DNA from: Acidimicrobiales bacterium
GTDB taxonomy: Bacteria; Actinomycetota; Acidimicrobiia; Acidimicrobiales; Salinilacustritrichaceae
DNA length: 64,000 nucleotides
Assembly: GCA_037968675.1 (NCBI GenBank)
Contig: JBBKVY010000095.1
Coordinates: 7,294 to 71,293 of the forward strand
Direction of reading: 5' to 3'
Positions 28,870 to 39,225 of this stretch are shown piece after piece. The notes below the pieces were generated by a model. That model saw only the letters and a program-made list of their open reading frames with translations. It had not been told where the DNA came from and made no database searches. Numbering within the stretch: position 1 is the stretch's first letter; each line of letters starts with the position of its first letter. Position numbers and translations under genes: made by a program.

Positions 28870-28910
28870 CGCACACCGACCGGAGTCCTCGACCCGAATG
28901 ATTGACTGGA

Positions 28911-28937
28911 GTTCGGCGGGCCACGAGCCCGCCGGAC
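28911..28937 (+). other. Intercistronic hairpin after pstS (mRNA stabiliser/partial terminator)
   Basis: GTTCGGCGGGC-CACGA-GCCCGCCGGAC. Confidence 0.6.
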
Positions 28938-28977
28938 ACCGGCCGTTCTCCCGCATCCCGCAACCGCACGGAGCGCA

Positions 28978-30003
28978 ATGACCGCCCTCACCATCGACGA
29001 CCTCCAGGGCGACCGGAAGCGGTCCCGCAAGGAGGCCCTGGTCTCCCGGCTCTTCACTGCCGCCGCCGCGTTCTCGATCGTGGTCAGCGCGCTGATCGTG
29101 ATTTCGCTGTTCCGCGAGGCGTTCCTCTACCTCACGGGCATCAAGCTCGACTGGCCTGTCTACCTCCAGGGCGATCTCCCCTTCATCGGAGCCCGCACCG
29201 AGTTCTGGACCCAGACCGGCCAGGGCGTGGTCCTCAGCGACCTGTGGACCACGGGATGGTTCCCCCGCCGAGGCCTCTTCGACGTCAAGACGCTTCTCGT
29301 TGCCAGTCTGGGTACCACCGCCGTCGCCATGCTCATCGCCACCCCCGTCGGAATCGGCACGGCCGTCTACCTCAGCGAGTACGCGAACCCCCTGGTCCGA
29401 CGTATCGTCAAACCGGTCATCGAGGTGCTCGCCGGTATCCCATCGGTGGTCCTGGGATTCTTCGCCCTCTCCTGGATCGCCCCCAACGTCGTCGACCGGG
29501 TCTTCGATCCGACCTCGTCGGCCAACCTGCTCGTCGCCGGCATCGGCGTCGGCATCCTCACGATCCCGCTGGTGGCGTCCATCTCCGAGGACGCACTCCA
29601 GTCGGTGCCGATGTCGCTGCGGGAGGCGGCCTACGGCGTCGGCGCCAAGAAAGTGCAGACCGTCGTCCGAGTGGTCATCCCCGCCGCCCTCTCCGGACTC
29701 GTCGCCGCGTTCATCGTGGCCGTGTCCCGCGCCATCGGCGAGACCCTCGTCGTCACGATCGCCGCCGGCGGTTCCGGCGGCGCGGCGTTCCCCGGCTCGT
29801 TCCCCTCGCCCGAGATGCTGACCGAGCCCGGGCTCACGATGACGGCGGCCATGGCGACCGTCGCTGCCGGGTCCGACCAGGTCGTGGGTCAGGGCAACGC
29901 CTTCCAGAGTCTGTTCTTCGTCGGACTCGTCCTGTTCGTGCTCACGTTCGTGCTCAACATCGCTGCCGACCGGATCGTGCGTCGATTCCGGCAGGTCTAC
30001 TAG
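28978..30003 (+). CDS. pstC: Phosphate ABC permease PstC
   Basis: AVYLSEYA, LAGIPSVVLGFF, EAAYGVGA and SRAIGET. Confidence 0.93.
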   Translation: MTALTIDDLQGDRKRSRKEALVSRLFTAAAAFSIVVSALIVISLFREAFLYLTGIKLDWPVYLQGDLPFIGARTEFWTQTGQGVVLSDLWTTGWFPRRGLFDVKTLLVASLGTTAVAMLIATPVGIGTAVYLSEYANPLVRRIVKPVIEVLAGIPSVVLGFFALSWIAPNVVDRVFDPTSSANLLVAGIGVGILTIPLVASISEDALQSVPMSLREAAYGVGAKKVQTVVRVVIPAALSGLVAAFIVAVSRAIGETLVVTIAAGGSGGAAFPGSFPSPEMLTEPGLTMTAAMATVAAGSDQVVGQGNAFQSLFFVGLVLFVLTFVLNIAADRIVRRFRQVY

Positions 30004-30021
30004 GAGCGAAGAGATGGCTCC

Positions 30022-31101
30022 ATGACACTCGCCTCCACCGACATCACCACGAGCGCCGTCGCGTCGGCACTCCAGGGCAAGAAGGTCGACACCGCCGGGA
30101 CGATCTTCCGCGCCGCACTGCTCGCGACCCTCGTCTTCACCGTGGTCGTCCTGCTCACCCTGCTCGTCTCCGTCGTCCAGGACGCGATGCCGATCCTCAG
30201 TGGAGAACCACTGACGTCCGAGGTCCGATCGGACCTCGTGGACACCACGACCGACCCGCCCACGATCACGCAGTTCGGCGAGACGTTCGACGTCCAGATC
30301 TCGACCGACGCCGCCGGCAACGAGACGTACTTCCAGCTCGACGAGCGGAGCTTCGGCGACTTCGTCGGCGGCAACGTCAACTTCACGAACCCGGCCGAGA
30401 ACGGCATCAAGCAGGGCATCTTCGGTTCCCTGGGCATCGCGGTGATGGTGCTGGTGTTCTCGATCCCGATCGGGGTCGGTGCTGCGGTCTATCTGGAGGA
30501 GTACTCCAAGGCCAGCCGCTTCACCCGACTGGTCGACGTCAACATCCGTAACCTGGCCGGCGTACCGTCCATCGTCTACGGCATCCTCGGGTTCACCGTG
30601 CTCGTCACCGCCCTCAACGGCATCACCGGAGGGCGGTCGCTGATCTCCGGCGGCATCACGCTCGCGATCCTCGTGCTGCCGGTGGTGATCATCACCTCGG
30701 CCGAGGCGGTCCGCGCCGTCCCCCAGCCGATCCGCGAAGCCGGTTACGGCGTCGGCGCGACCCGGTGGGAAGTCACCCGGTACCACGTGTTGCCGTACGC
30801 GATGCCCGGGATCCTCACGGGAACGATGCTCTCGCTCGCCCGAGCCCTCGGAGAGGCTGCACCGTTGATCCTCGTCGGCGCCCAGACCGGGTTCTTCACC
30901 GATCCCGAGGGTGCGCTCGACCGTCTCACCGGCAACTTCACCGCCCTGCCGATGCTCGTGTTCAACTTCACCCGCCAGCCCGGCGATGCGCTCAAGACCG
31001 AGGGCGCGGCCGCGGCGATCGTCGTCCTCCTGCTGGTCGTGCTCTTCGTGAACGCCACTGGCATCATCCTGCGAAACTCCTTCGAGAAGAAGCGGAGCTG
31101 A
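30022..31101 (+). CDS. pstA: Phosphate ABC permease PstA
   Basis: [35 protein letters not shown] and [10 protein letters not shown]. Confidence 0.93.
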   Translation: MTLASTDITTSAVASALQGKKVDTAGTIFRAALLATLVFTVVVLLTLLVSVVQDAMPILSGEPLTSEVRSDLVDTTTDPPTITQFGETFDVQISTDAAGNETYFQLDERSFGDFVGGNVNFTNPAENGIKQGIFGSLGIAVMVLVFSIPIGVGAAVYLEEYSKASRFTRLVDVNIRNLAGVPSIVYGILGFTVLVTALNGITGGRSLISGGITLAILVLPVVIITSAEAVRAVPQPIREAGYGVGATRWEVTRYHVLPYAMPGILTGTMLSLARALGEAAPLILVGAQTGFFTDPEGALDRLTGNFTALPMLVFNFTRQPGDALKTEGAAAAIVVLLLVVLFVNATGIILRNSFEKKRS

Positions 31102-31105
31102 CCCC

Positions 31106-31996
31106 GTGTCCGACCATGTCCTCGACACCCCCGACGCCACCACCAGCACCGGGAGCAACACCATGAGCAACCGCCCCGTGGTCGAGACGTCTGCGTCCCT
31201 GCGCGACCGCGAATCGAATCGGATCGTCTTCGACATCGACGATCTCGACGTCTACTACGGCGACTTCCGCGCGGTGCACGACGTCAGCCTCGAGATCCGT
31301 GAGCACGAGATCACCGCGTTCATCGGCCCCTCCGGCTGCGGGAAGTCGACCGTGCTGCGTTGCCTCAATCGCATGAACGACCTGATCGACAGCGCTCGCA
31401 TCGAAGGCTCGATCAAGTACCACGGCGTCGACCTGTACGACCGGAAGGTCAACGCAGTCGAGGTCCGGCGCCGTGTCGGCATGGTCTTCCAGAAGGCCAA
31501 CCCGTTTCCCAAGTCCATCTACGAGAACATCGCGTTCGGTCCGCGGATCTCGGGGTACAAGGGTGACATGGACGAGCTCGTCGAGCGCTCGCTGACCCAG
31601 GCGGCGCTGTGGGACGAGGTGAAGGACCGCCTCAAGGAATCCGGCCTCGGCATGTCCGGGGGCCAGCAGCAGCGGCTGTGCATCGCCCGCGCGCTGGCGA
31701 CCAACCCCGATGTGCTGCTGATGGATGAGCCGTGTTCGGCACTCGATCCCATCGCGACCGGACGCATCGAGGACCTGATCCAGGAGCTCAAACACGACTA
31801 CACCGTCGTGATCGTGACCCACAACATGCAACAGGCCGCTCGCGTGTCCGATCGCACCGCGTTCTTCACGGCGCAGATCGACTCCGACAGCGACCGCCGA
31901 ACGGGCCTGCTCGTGGAGTTCGACGACACCGAGAGCATCTTCTCGACGCCCAAGGACGAACGAACCGAGAACTACGTCACCGGCCGGTTCGGGTGA
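31106..31996 (+). CDS. pstB: Phosphate ABC ATPase PstB
   Basis: [35 protein letters not shown] and [12 protein letters not shown]. Confidence 0.96.
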   Translation: MSDHVLDTPDATTSTGSNTMSNRPVVETSASLRDRESNRIVFDIDDLDVYYGDFRAVHDVSLEIREHEITAFIGPSGCGKSTVLRCLNRMNDLIDSARIEGSIKYHGVDLYDRKVNAVEVRRRVGMVFQKANPFPKSIYENIAFGPRISGYKGDMDELVERSLTQAALWDEVKDRLKESGLGMSGGQQQRLCIARALATNPDVLLMDEPCSALDPIATGRIEDLIQELKHDYTVVIVTHNMQQAARVSDRTAFFTAQIDSDSDRRTGLLVEFDDTESIFSTPKDERTENYVTGRFG

Positions 31997-32016
31997 CACG
32001 ACCCGCGGAGGAGGGC

Positions 32017-32682
32017 ATGGAGATCCGCAAGTCGTTCCACGAGGAGCTCGACCAGCTCCGCATCCAGGTCGAGTTCATGGGCGTCCGGGTCGATGAGAAC
32101 CTGGAGCGGATGCGACACGTCCTGTCTGACGGCGACGAACGGATCGCGCAGGTCGCACTCGCCGCCGACGACGACATCGACGCCATGAACGTCTCGTTGA
32201 CCGAGCGCTGCTACGACCTCCTCGCCCGCGAGAACCCGGTCGCCTCCGACCTCCGCTTCGTCGTGTCCGTGCTCCGTGTCCTGTCGGAGCTGGAACGGGT
32301 CGGTGATCTTGCGCTGCGCGTCGTCAAACTGAATCCGCAGCGCGACCAGTGGTCGCGGAGCGAGACGACCTATCACATCCTCGTCTCGATGGCGGACACC
32401 GCCATCGGCTCCTTCCGGTCGGCTCTCCGCGCCTGGTCGGTACAGGATCTCGACCTCGCCACCGAGTTGGTCCACCGCGTCCACACGATGGACGTCCACT
32501 ACGAACACCTCATGGCCGCGATGCTGCGCCTCGACGGTGACGACGCGGTCGTGGTCGCTACCAACACGCTCATCGCCGGCCGCTCGCTCGAGCGGATCGG
32601 CGACCACGCCGCCATCATCGGCGCCCGTCTCCGCTATCTGATCACGGGTGACCCAGATCATCTCTCCGCTGAGGTTCGATAG
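32017..32682 (+). CDS. phoU: PhoU phosphate-signalling protein (copy 1)
   Basis: RKSFHEEL, PVASDLRFV, ELERVGDLA and LERIGDHA. SD GGAGGAGG. Confidence 0.9.
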   Translation: MEIRKSFHEELDQLRIQVEFMGVRVDENLERMRHVLSDGDERIAQVALAADDDIDAMNVSLTERCYDLLARENPVASDLRFVVSVLRVLSELERVGDLALRVVKLNPQRDQWSRSETTYHILVSMADTAIGSFRSALRAWSVQDLDLATELVHRVHTMDVHYEHLMAAMLRLDGDDAVVVATNTLIAGRSLERIGDHAAIIGARLRYLITGDPDHLSAEVR

Positions 32683-32686
32683 GTTC

Positions 32687-33454
32687 ATGACCGAACAACC
32701 CAAATCCGAGGTCCGGGTGCACTTCCGAGACGAGCTCGACGATGTGGTCCGCGACATCACCCGCCTGGCCGGGTTCGTCACCGAAGCGATTCCCCGTGGC
32801 ACCGAGGCGCTGCTCTCGGGCGATCTCCAGATCGCCCAGGAGATGATCGACCACGACGACGTGATCGACGACCTCTCCATCGAGATCGAGGAGCGTTGCT
32901 ACAAGATCCTCACGCTCCAGGCACCGGTGGCCAGCGACCTGCGCGCCATCATCGCCGCCATCCGCCTGGTCGCCGAGATCGAGCGGTCGGCCGACCTGAT
33001 GGTCAACGTGTGCAAGGGCACCCGCCGGATCTACCCGATCGAGCTCCCGCCGAACGTCCGCGGCTTGCTCCAGCAGATGAGCGAGCAGGCCACCAAGCTC
33101 TTCCGGATGTGCATGGACGCCTACTTGGAGGGCGACGCGTCGCTCGCCGCGGCCCTCGATGACATCGACGATCGCCTCGACGACCTCCACGCCGACTTCA
33201 TCCAGGCGGTTCTCGAGTGGGGGAGCGTCGCTGGCGACATCCAGCCGGCCGTCCAGCTCGCGCTGATCGGCCGCTACTACGAACGCATCGGGGACCACGC
33301 GGTCAACATCGGCGAGCGCGTCCGGTACATGGTGGACGGATGGCTTCCCGAGCACGCCGGAGCCGCGCGTGTCCACGCGTCCAAGCCGGTCTGGTCCGAC
33401 GACACCGACGGGAGCGCCGACGACTCCCCCGGCGAGTCGATCCCCGACGAATGA
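32687..33454 (+). CDS. phoU: PhoU phosphate-signalling protein (copy 2)
   Basis: RVHFRDEL, QAPVASDLR, EIERSADL and RYYERIGDHAVNI. Confidence 0.92.
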   Translation: MTEQPKSEVRVHFRDELDDVVRDITRLAGFVTEAIPRGTEALLSGDLQIAQEMIDHDDVIDDLSIEIEERCYKILTLQAPVASDLRAIIAAIRLVAEIERSADLMVNVCKGTRRIYPIELPPNVRGLLQQMSEQATKLFRMCMDAYLEGDASLAAALDDIDDRLDDLHADFIQAVLEWGSVAGDIQPAVQLALIGRYYERIGDHAVNIGERVRYMVDGWLPEHAGAARVHASKPVWSDDTDGSADDSPGESIPDE

Positions 33455-34707
33455 ACCGTTCGACCGCTGTGCTCCTCGCCGCAAGCATCCCCACCGCTGT
33501 CTGGGTGCTCACGATGCTGCTCTGGTGGCGGAGCAGGCGGCGCATCCGGGGCCAGGCTCACAACGCCGCGGCACGGCTGGCGACGACACCGCTCGCCGAG
33601 GTCCGCGGGCTCGAGGCCACGTTCGGACAGCTCGAACGCGCCGTCGATCAGGCGGTGACCAAGGAGAGCGAGGCATCGGACTCCGGGACCCGGCTCGCGC
33701 ATGCCATCTCGGCGATCGACGACGGCATCGTGCTCTTCGACGACACCGGGACGATTGTCTTTCGCAACCGTCCGGCCGAGCACTTCCTCGACGCTCGTCA
33801 CGGCGAAGCGATGGTGGAGTCCGCCATCGAGGAGCTGGCGGTCGTGGCGCTCGACGGCGAGCGGAACTCCCAGTCCCTCGAGTTGTTCGGTCCACCTCGA
33901 CGCACGCTGATCATCACCGCAGAACCCCTCGACGACGGTCACCGCAGCATCGGCGCCCTCGTGGTCGTCGACGACGTCACCGAGCGACAGCGCATCGACG
34001 CCGTCCGGCGGGATTTCGTCGCCAACATCAGCCACGAGCTCAAGACGCCGGTCGGTGGTATCGGTGTCCTGGCCGAGACGCTCCTCGGTGAGGAGGACCT
34101 GGAGATCATCGGGCGCCTGGCCGACCGCATGCACCACGAGGCGATGCGGGCGAGCCGGACCATCGACGACCTGCTCGAACTCAGCCGGATCGAGGCCGGT
34201 GAGGCGTCGCTCCGCGACCCGGTCCCGGTGCATCTGGTGCTCGCCGAGGCGGTCGAGCGGTCGTCGAACGTGGCCGAGCAACGAGGGATCACGCTCGATC
34301 TCGTCGAGCCGTCGCACCGTCTCGAGGTCCGCGGTGATCGTCGCCAGCTCGTCTCTGCCGTGTTCAACCTGCTCGACAACGCGGTCAAGTACAGCGCGTC
34401 GGGCTCATCGGTCGTCGTCTCCGCCGCCACCGACGGTCCGTCGGTGCACTTGTCGGTCGCCGACCGCGGCATCGGCATACCCAGACGCGACATCGAGCGG
34501 ATATTCGAACGTTTCTACCGCGTGGATCGCGCCCGGAGCCGGGACACGGGCGGCACCGGCCTCGGTCTGGCGATCGTTCGACACGTCGCGTCGAACCACG
34601 GCGGTGCCGTCGAGGTCGAGTCCCGCGAGGGCGAAGGCACCACCTTCACGCTCGTGATGCCGGCGGGCCCCGGACCCGCTGCCGTCACCACATCGGAAAC
34701 CGGCTGA
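33451..34707 (+). CDS. senX3: Sensor histidine kinase, SenX3/PhoR-like
   Basis: PAS-like region, H-box FVANISHELKTP, N-box NLLDNAVKYS, and G-boxes ADRGIGIP and GGTGLGL. Confidence 0.88.
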   Translation: MNRSTAVLLAASIPTAVWVLTMLLWWRSRRRIRGQAHNAAARLATTPLAEVRGLEATFGQLERAVDQAVTKESEASDSGTRLAHAISAIDDGIVLFDDTGTIVFRNRPAEHFLDARHGEAMVESAIEELAVVALDGERNSQSLELFGPPRRTLIITAEPLDDGHRSIGALVVVDDVTERQRIDAVRRDFVANISHELKTPVGGIGVLAETLLGEEDLEIIGRLADRMHHEAMRASRTIDDLLELSRIEAGEASLRDPVPVHLVLAEAVERSSNVAEQRGITLDLVEPSHRLEVRGDRRQLVSAVFNLLDNAVKYSASGSSVVVSAATDGPSVHLSVADRGIGIPRRDIERIFERFYRVDRARSRDTGGTGLGLAIVRHVASNHGGAVEVESREGEGTTFTLVMPAGPGPAAVTTSETG

Positions 34708-34732
34708 GCGCCGGAGAGGAGCAGGAACAGTC

Positions 34733-35437
34733 ATGCCCGAGGCAACCGTGCTCGTCGTCGAGGACGAGGAGTCGTTCATCGAGGCCCTCAGCATCGGTCT
34801 CGCCCGCGAAGGATTCCGCGTCCAGGTCGCCCGAGACGGTGTCGAGGCGCTCGACCTGTTCGATGCGCTGCATCCCGATCTGGTGCTCCTCGACGTGATG
34901 CTGCCGAAGATCTCCGGTGTCGACGTGTGTCGCGAGCTCCGCAAGCGGTCGACGGTGCCGATCATCATGGTCACGGCGAAGGGATCGGAGATCGACACCG
35001 TCGTGGGCCTCGAGGTCGGGGCCGACGATTACGTGACCAAGCCGTACCGGGTCCGGGAACTGGTGGCCCGGATGCGTGCGGTGATGCGGCGCACCGAACA
35101 CCGGGCCGACGACCTCTCCCAGGACGCGATGGGCGTCGGCGACGTCACGCTCGACCCCGACAAGCACGAGGTCCGGATCCGTGGCGAGATCGCGGCACTG
35201 CCGCTGAAGGAGTTCGAGCTCCTCCACGTGCTCCTCGCCAACGCCGGTCGGGTGATGACCCGAGACCAGCTGATCGATCGCGTCTGGGGCTCCGACTACG
35301 TGGGCGACACCAAGACGCTCGATGTGCACGTCAAGCGGCTCCGGGCCAAGGTCGAGACCGACCCGTCGGCCCCCGAGCGGATCATCACCATCCGGGGACT
35401 CGGCTACAAGTTCGAGAGCGTGCTGGTCACCAACTGA
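34733..35437 (+). CDS. regX3: OmpR-family response regulator, RegX3/PhoP-like
   Basis: VVEDEES, LLDVML, ADDYVTKPY and WGSDYVGDTKTLDVHVKRLRAK. Confidence 0.9.
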   Translation: MPEATVLVVEDEESFIEALSIGLAREGFRVQVARDGVEALDLFDALHPDLVLLDVMLPKISGVDVCRELRKRSTVPIIMVTAKGSEIDTVVGLEVGADDYVTKPYRVRELVARMRAVMRRTEHRADDLSQDAMGVGDVTLDPDKHEVRIRGEIAALPLKEFELLHVLLANAGRVMTRDQLIDRVWGSDYVGDTKTLDVHVKRLRAKVETDPSAPERIITIRGLGYKFESVLVTN

Positions 35438-35499
35438 GATCGAGAGCAGCGGTCGATGTGCCCGTGGGAGGCCCGTGTCGGCCTCGTACGATGCGGGTG

Positions 35500-36948
35500 A
35501 TGACGGACTCCGGCGGTTGGCGCTCCATCTCGGCCCCGCGCGCCGGGGCCGAAGCGTTCACGGTGACGTCGTTCTCCCGCCTCGCACGAGCCCATGCCGT
35601 TGCGGTCGCCGGCGACACGCTGGTCACGATCGCCCTGGCCGGCACGCTGTTCTTCTCGATCGATCCCGAGGCGGCGCGCGGCAAGGTCTTCCTCTATCTG
35701 GCGCTGACGATGGCCCCGTTCGCCGTGGTCGCACCGTTGGTCGGTCCGGCGCTCGACCGGGCGGCAGGCGGTCGTCGATGGATGGTGATCGGCTCGTCGG
35801 CGTTGCGTGCCTGTGTGTGCCTGCTGATGATCCGCGACGTCGATTCGCTCTTCCTGTTCCCCGAGGCGTTCGCGTTGCTCGTGCTCGCGAAGAGCTACCA
35901 CGTGGCCAAGTCGGCCATCGTGCCGTCGACGGTGCGGTCCGACGAGGAGCTGGTCGAGGCGAACTCGAAGCTGTCCCTCATCTCCGGCTTCGTCGGGTTC
36001 GTGGCTGCGGTGCCGGGCGGGATCCTGGTCACCGTCGGCGGGTCGGAGTGGGTCTTCGGCCTGGCCACGATCGTCTTCGCCGTGGGTGCGGTGATCGCAT
36101 GGCGTATCCCGAAGACCCAGGTGGCCGACGCACCCGAGACCGAGGAAGCGCGTGAGGAGCTGCGCAGCGCAGGGGTCTTCCTCGCCGCCTCGGCCATGGC
36201 GCTCCTCCGCGGTGTCGTCGGCTGCATGACGTTCCTGCTGGCGTTCGCGCTGCGCACCAGCGATTCGCCCACCTGGCACTTCGGACTCGTGCTCGCGCTC
36301 TCGGCGGTGGGTGCCGTCGTCGGCGCCGCGATCGCCCCCATGTTGCGCCAGCACTTCGACGAGGAGCGGATCATCACGGTGCTCCTCGGGGTCGTCGCCG
36401 CCGGCGGCTTCATTGCTGCATGGCTGGGCGACCTGGCCGGGTCGGCGCTGCTCGCCGCCACGGTCGGGGTCTCGGCAGCGGCGGCGAAGCAGGCGTTCGA
36501 CGCCATCGTCCAGCGCGACGCCCCCGACGCCAACCGTGGTCGTTCCTTCGCACGATTCGAGACGCGTTTCCAGCTCGTGTGGGTCGGCGGCGCAGTCATC
36601 GGGATCATTCCCATGCCGCTCTGGTTGGGTTTCCTCGCGGTTGCCGGGGTGATGGTGTTCGGTGCCGTGTCGTATGTCGCCGGTTCCCGAGGGGCGCGCC
36701 GTACGACCGACCGCCGCGAACGACGTTCGCACGAGCCCACGCCGCACGAGCTGGGTTTCCAGGACGAGCCGGTGCGCGAGCTCCCGCCCACCATCGTCTC
36801 GCCGGCGCGCGAGACGCCGGAGCCGACTCCACGGTCGGCCCGGCAATCACCGGTCGTGCCTCCGTCGATCGCCACGCCCGAACGCGACCGCACCGATGTG
36901 GTCGACCCTGGCGGCGATCCGACGCTGGTCGAGCGCGACGATCCGTAG
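35500..36948 (+). CDS. MFS transporter with Pro-rich C-terminal tail
   Basis: About 12 TM helices (MAPFAVVAPLVGPALDR...RGRSFARFETRFQ). ATG 35500 follows TACGAT by 7 nt. Confidence 0.85.
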   Translation: MTDSGGWRSISAPRAGAEAFTVTSFSRLARAHAVAVAGDTLVTIALAGTLFFSIDPEAARGKVFLYLALTMAPFAVVAPLVGPALDRAAGGRRWMVIGSSALRACVCLLMIRDVDSLFLFPEAFALLVLAKSYHVAKSAIVPSTVRSDEELVEANSKLSLISGFVGFVAAVPGGILVTVGGSEWVFGLATIVFAVGAVIAWRIPKTQVADAPETEEAREELRSAGVFLAASAMALLRGVVGCMTFLLAFALRTSDSPTWHFGLVLALSAVGAVVGAAIAPMLRQHFDEERIITVLLGVVAAGGFIAAWLGDLAGSALLAATVGVSAAAAKQAFDAIVQRDAPDANRGRSFARFETRFQLVWVGGAVIGIIPMPLWLGFLAVAGVMVFGAVSYVAGSRGARRTTDRRERRSHEPTPHELGFQDEPVRELPPTIVSPARETPEPTPRSARQSPVVPPSIATPERDRTDVVDPGGDPTLVERDDP

Positions 36949-38160
36949 TCAGGCTTCCGGGATCTCGATCCGGGCGAGCCAGAGTCCGGGAGCTTCGATC
37001 TCGGCCGGAGTGGGGAGGAATCGCTCGTCGCGCCACAGCGGCTCGAGGGCGTCGAACCCACTGCGTTCGACCACGCCGTCGACGAACGCCGCGCCGGCGT
37101 CGTAGGTCGCCTGGCTGATCTCGAGGCCGAACAGACGGGCGACGAAGCGGTCGGACTCGTCCGATTCGACCCGGCGACGGCGCAATGCCTCGGTGATCAT
37201 GTCGTAGTTCCCCAGCAGTCGGTCGCCGAGGCTGTCCATGACGTGATCGACGTAGCCCACGACCAGCGCGATGAGGGACTCGAGGCGGGGTAGGAGCTCA
37301 CGCTGCTCGTCTGTCTGCATCGCACCGAGCACGATCTCCGGATCGCCGAGGACCCGTTGGAGTTCGCCCATGGCATCGGCGTCGGTGATGTCGACGGTGC
37401 CGAGCCGCTCGACGAGCTGGTTCGAGTCGGGCCGGAACCCGGAGGCATAGTCGGTGATGAGCGTCTCGAGGCGAGCGCGCACGTGGGGTACGCCGAGCAC
37501 TGCGTGGTGCGTGATCTCGTGGATGCACAGCCAGAGGCGCAGATCGCGTGCCTCGATCGACCAGTCGACGCCGAACGAATCGACGTTGGGGAGCACGAGG
37601 AGCAGCTCGTCGGACGGCTGTCGGGGCACGGGGAGGTCGTACTGCCCGAAGCTGCGCTGCGCCAGGTGACCGAGCATGCCGCCGGCGGTCACGCTCAGCA
37701 TCATCGGCGCCATCGAACCCATGAGCTGACCGAGCATCGCAGTGAGCGGGTCGTCGCGGGCACCGGGTTCGTCGCTCGGAGGTGGCTGTGTGCTCGGGTC
37801 GAGGGCATCGGCGAGGGATTCGAACAGGGGACGGAACGCATCCACGCTCCGCTGCACCCATTGCGTCCGTGTCACCGGGATCACCGTCACCCCGCGCCCG
37901 GTCAGGTTCGTCGACAGTCCCGTGAGTTGCGACACGTGGAGGTCGGCAACGCGTGCCAGTTCCTCGATGTCCATGCGCTCGATCGGGTCGACGTTCTGCT
38001 CGGCCTCGCCGTTGGCCGCCAGCTGCATCGCGACCTGCCGGGTGGTGTCCCACTGGAGGCCACGCTGCCCGCTGGCACCCCCGAGGATCTTGCCGAGATC
38101 GCCGAAGAAGGGCAGTCCCTCGAAAGGATTGTCGCCATCAGCTGGACCGGGACCGCTCAC
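36949..38160 (-). CDS. Zinc-dependent metalloprotease (DUF2342 family)
   Basis: HEITH zinc motif, GQYDL, and YDAGAAFV...P..EIEAPGLWLARI. GTG 38160 follows TACGAT by 7 nt. Confidence 0.88.
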   Translation of the reverse strand: MSGPGPADGDNPFEGLPFFGDLGKILGGASGQRGLQWDTTRQVAMQLAANGEAEQNVDPIERMDIEELARVADLHVSQLTGLSTNLTGRGVTVIPVTRTQWVQRSVDAFRPLFESLADALDPSTQPPPSDEPGARDDPLTAMLGQLMGSMAPMMLSVTAGGMLGHLAQRSFGQYDLPVPRQPSDELLLVLPNVDSFGVDWSIEARDLRLWLCIHEITHHAVLGVPHVRARLETLITDYASGFRPDSNQLVERLGTVDITDADAMGELQRVLGDPEIVLGAMQTDEQRELLPRLESLIALVVGYVDHVMDSLGDRLLGNYDMITEALRRRRVESDESDRFVARLFGLEISQATYDAGAAFVDGVVERSGFDALEPLWRDERFLPTPAEIEAPGLWLARIEIPEA

Positions 38161-38178
38161 GAGTTGCATCGTAGGGGC

Positions 38179-39225
38179 ATGTCGCGTGTTGCGGTCACCG
38201 GTGCGTCCGGTCCGGTGGGTCGTCGTCTGGTGTCCAGGCTCCTCGACGACCCCTCGGTGAAAGAGGTCGTGTCCATCGATCGGAACCATGCCGGCGTCGC
38301 TGACGACCGGGTCGTCGCCCACCGGATCCAACTCAAGGGCGCCGACCTCGATCCGGTGTTCGCCGGCATCGATGTCGTGTGTCACCTGGCCGGCTCCGAT
38401 CCGCTGGAGGACCGGGCTCCCGACCACGATCTGCACACCACCGCGCGGGTCCTCGACGCCGCGAGGCGTGCGGGCGTCGCCCACGTCATCGTCCGGACGT
38501 CCGCGACCGTGTACGGCGCGTGGCCGGACAATCCGGTTCCGCTGACGGAGGCGGTCACGCCTCGTCCGAACGCCGAGTCGACGTGGGTGCGGCACCGCAG
38601 GGCCATCGAGGAGCACGTGGAGGCGTTCGCCGAGTTCTCGCCCGAGGTCGTCGTCTGCATTCTGCGGCCGTGCGTCACGGTCTCCGACGCCGGTGCGGAC
38701 GAACTCGGTCGCGTGCTCGCTGCCGCGCGGCTCGTCGGCACGACCGACGACGCGCCGTCCGCGCAGTTCGTCCATGCCGACGACGTGGCCAGCGCCATCG
38801 ACGTCGTCCGCCGGGAGCGGGCCGACGGTGTGTTCAACGTCGCACCCGACGGCGCACTCGAAGCCGACCTGATCCGGGCGCTCGTGGGCGGCGCTCCCCG
38901 CATCGCGGTCCCCGAAGCCGTGGCCCGCCGACTCACCACGTTCGGCTGGCGCTATCAGCTGGCGCCGACGCCACCGGGATTCGTCCCCTTCGTGCGTCAC
39001 CCGTGGGTCGTCGGGAATGACCGCCTCCGAGCGCTCGGGTGGGTGCCTTCGCACACGAACGAGGAAGCGTTCGTGGCCGGCCACGCCGCAGCACCCTGGG
39101 CCCAGGTCTCGCCCCAGAGGCGACAGGAACTCGCGCTCGGCGTCGCCGGCGCCGCGGTGGTCGGCATGCTCGCCGGGACGGTCGCGCTCGTCCGCCGGCG
39201 ACTCCGGTCGGCTCGAGGCAGCTAG
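38179..39225 (+). CDS. NAD-dependent epimerase/dehydratase family protein
   Basis: VAVTGASGPVG, SATVYGA and QFVHADDVASA, followed by a C-terminal TM segment. Confidence 0.88.
   Translation: MSRVAVTGASGPVGRRLVSRLLDDPSVKEVVSIDRNHAGVADDRVVAHRIQLKGADLDPVFAGIDVVCHLAGSDPLEDRAPDHDLHTTARVLDAARRAGVAHVIVRTSATVYGAWPDNPVPLTEAVTPRPNAESTWVRHRRAIEEHVEAFAEFSPEVVVCILRPCVTVSDAGADELGRVLAAARLVGTTDDAPSAQFVHADDVASAIDVVRRERADGVFNVAPDGALEADLIRALVGGAPRIAVPEAVARRLTTFGWRYQLAPTPPGFVPFVRHPWVVGNDRLRALGWVPSHTNEEAFVAGHAAAPWAQVSPQRRQELALGVAGAAVVGMLAGTVALVRRRLRSARGS

Noticed and set aside
27610-31236. 1208-aa minus-strand ORF, and similar long ORFs such as 8659-11334, 18077-20068, 24936-27200 and 52120-54012
   Set aside because: They are antisense shadows of well-supported genes in a high-GC genome, with no recognisable motifs.
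32674-32687. GTTCG/GTTCA pair before the second phoU as a PHO box
   Set aside because: The period is 9 bp, not 11, and it overlaps a stop/start junction.
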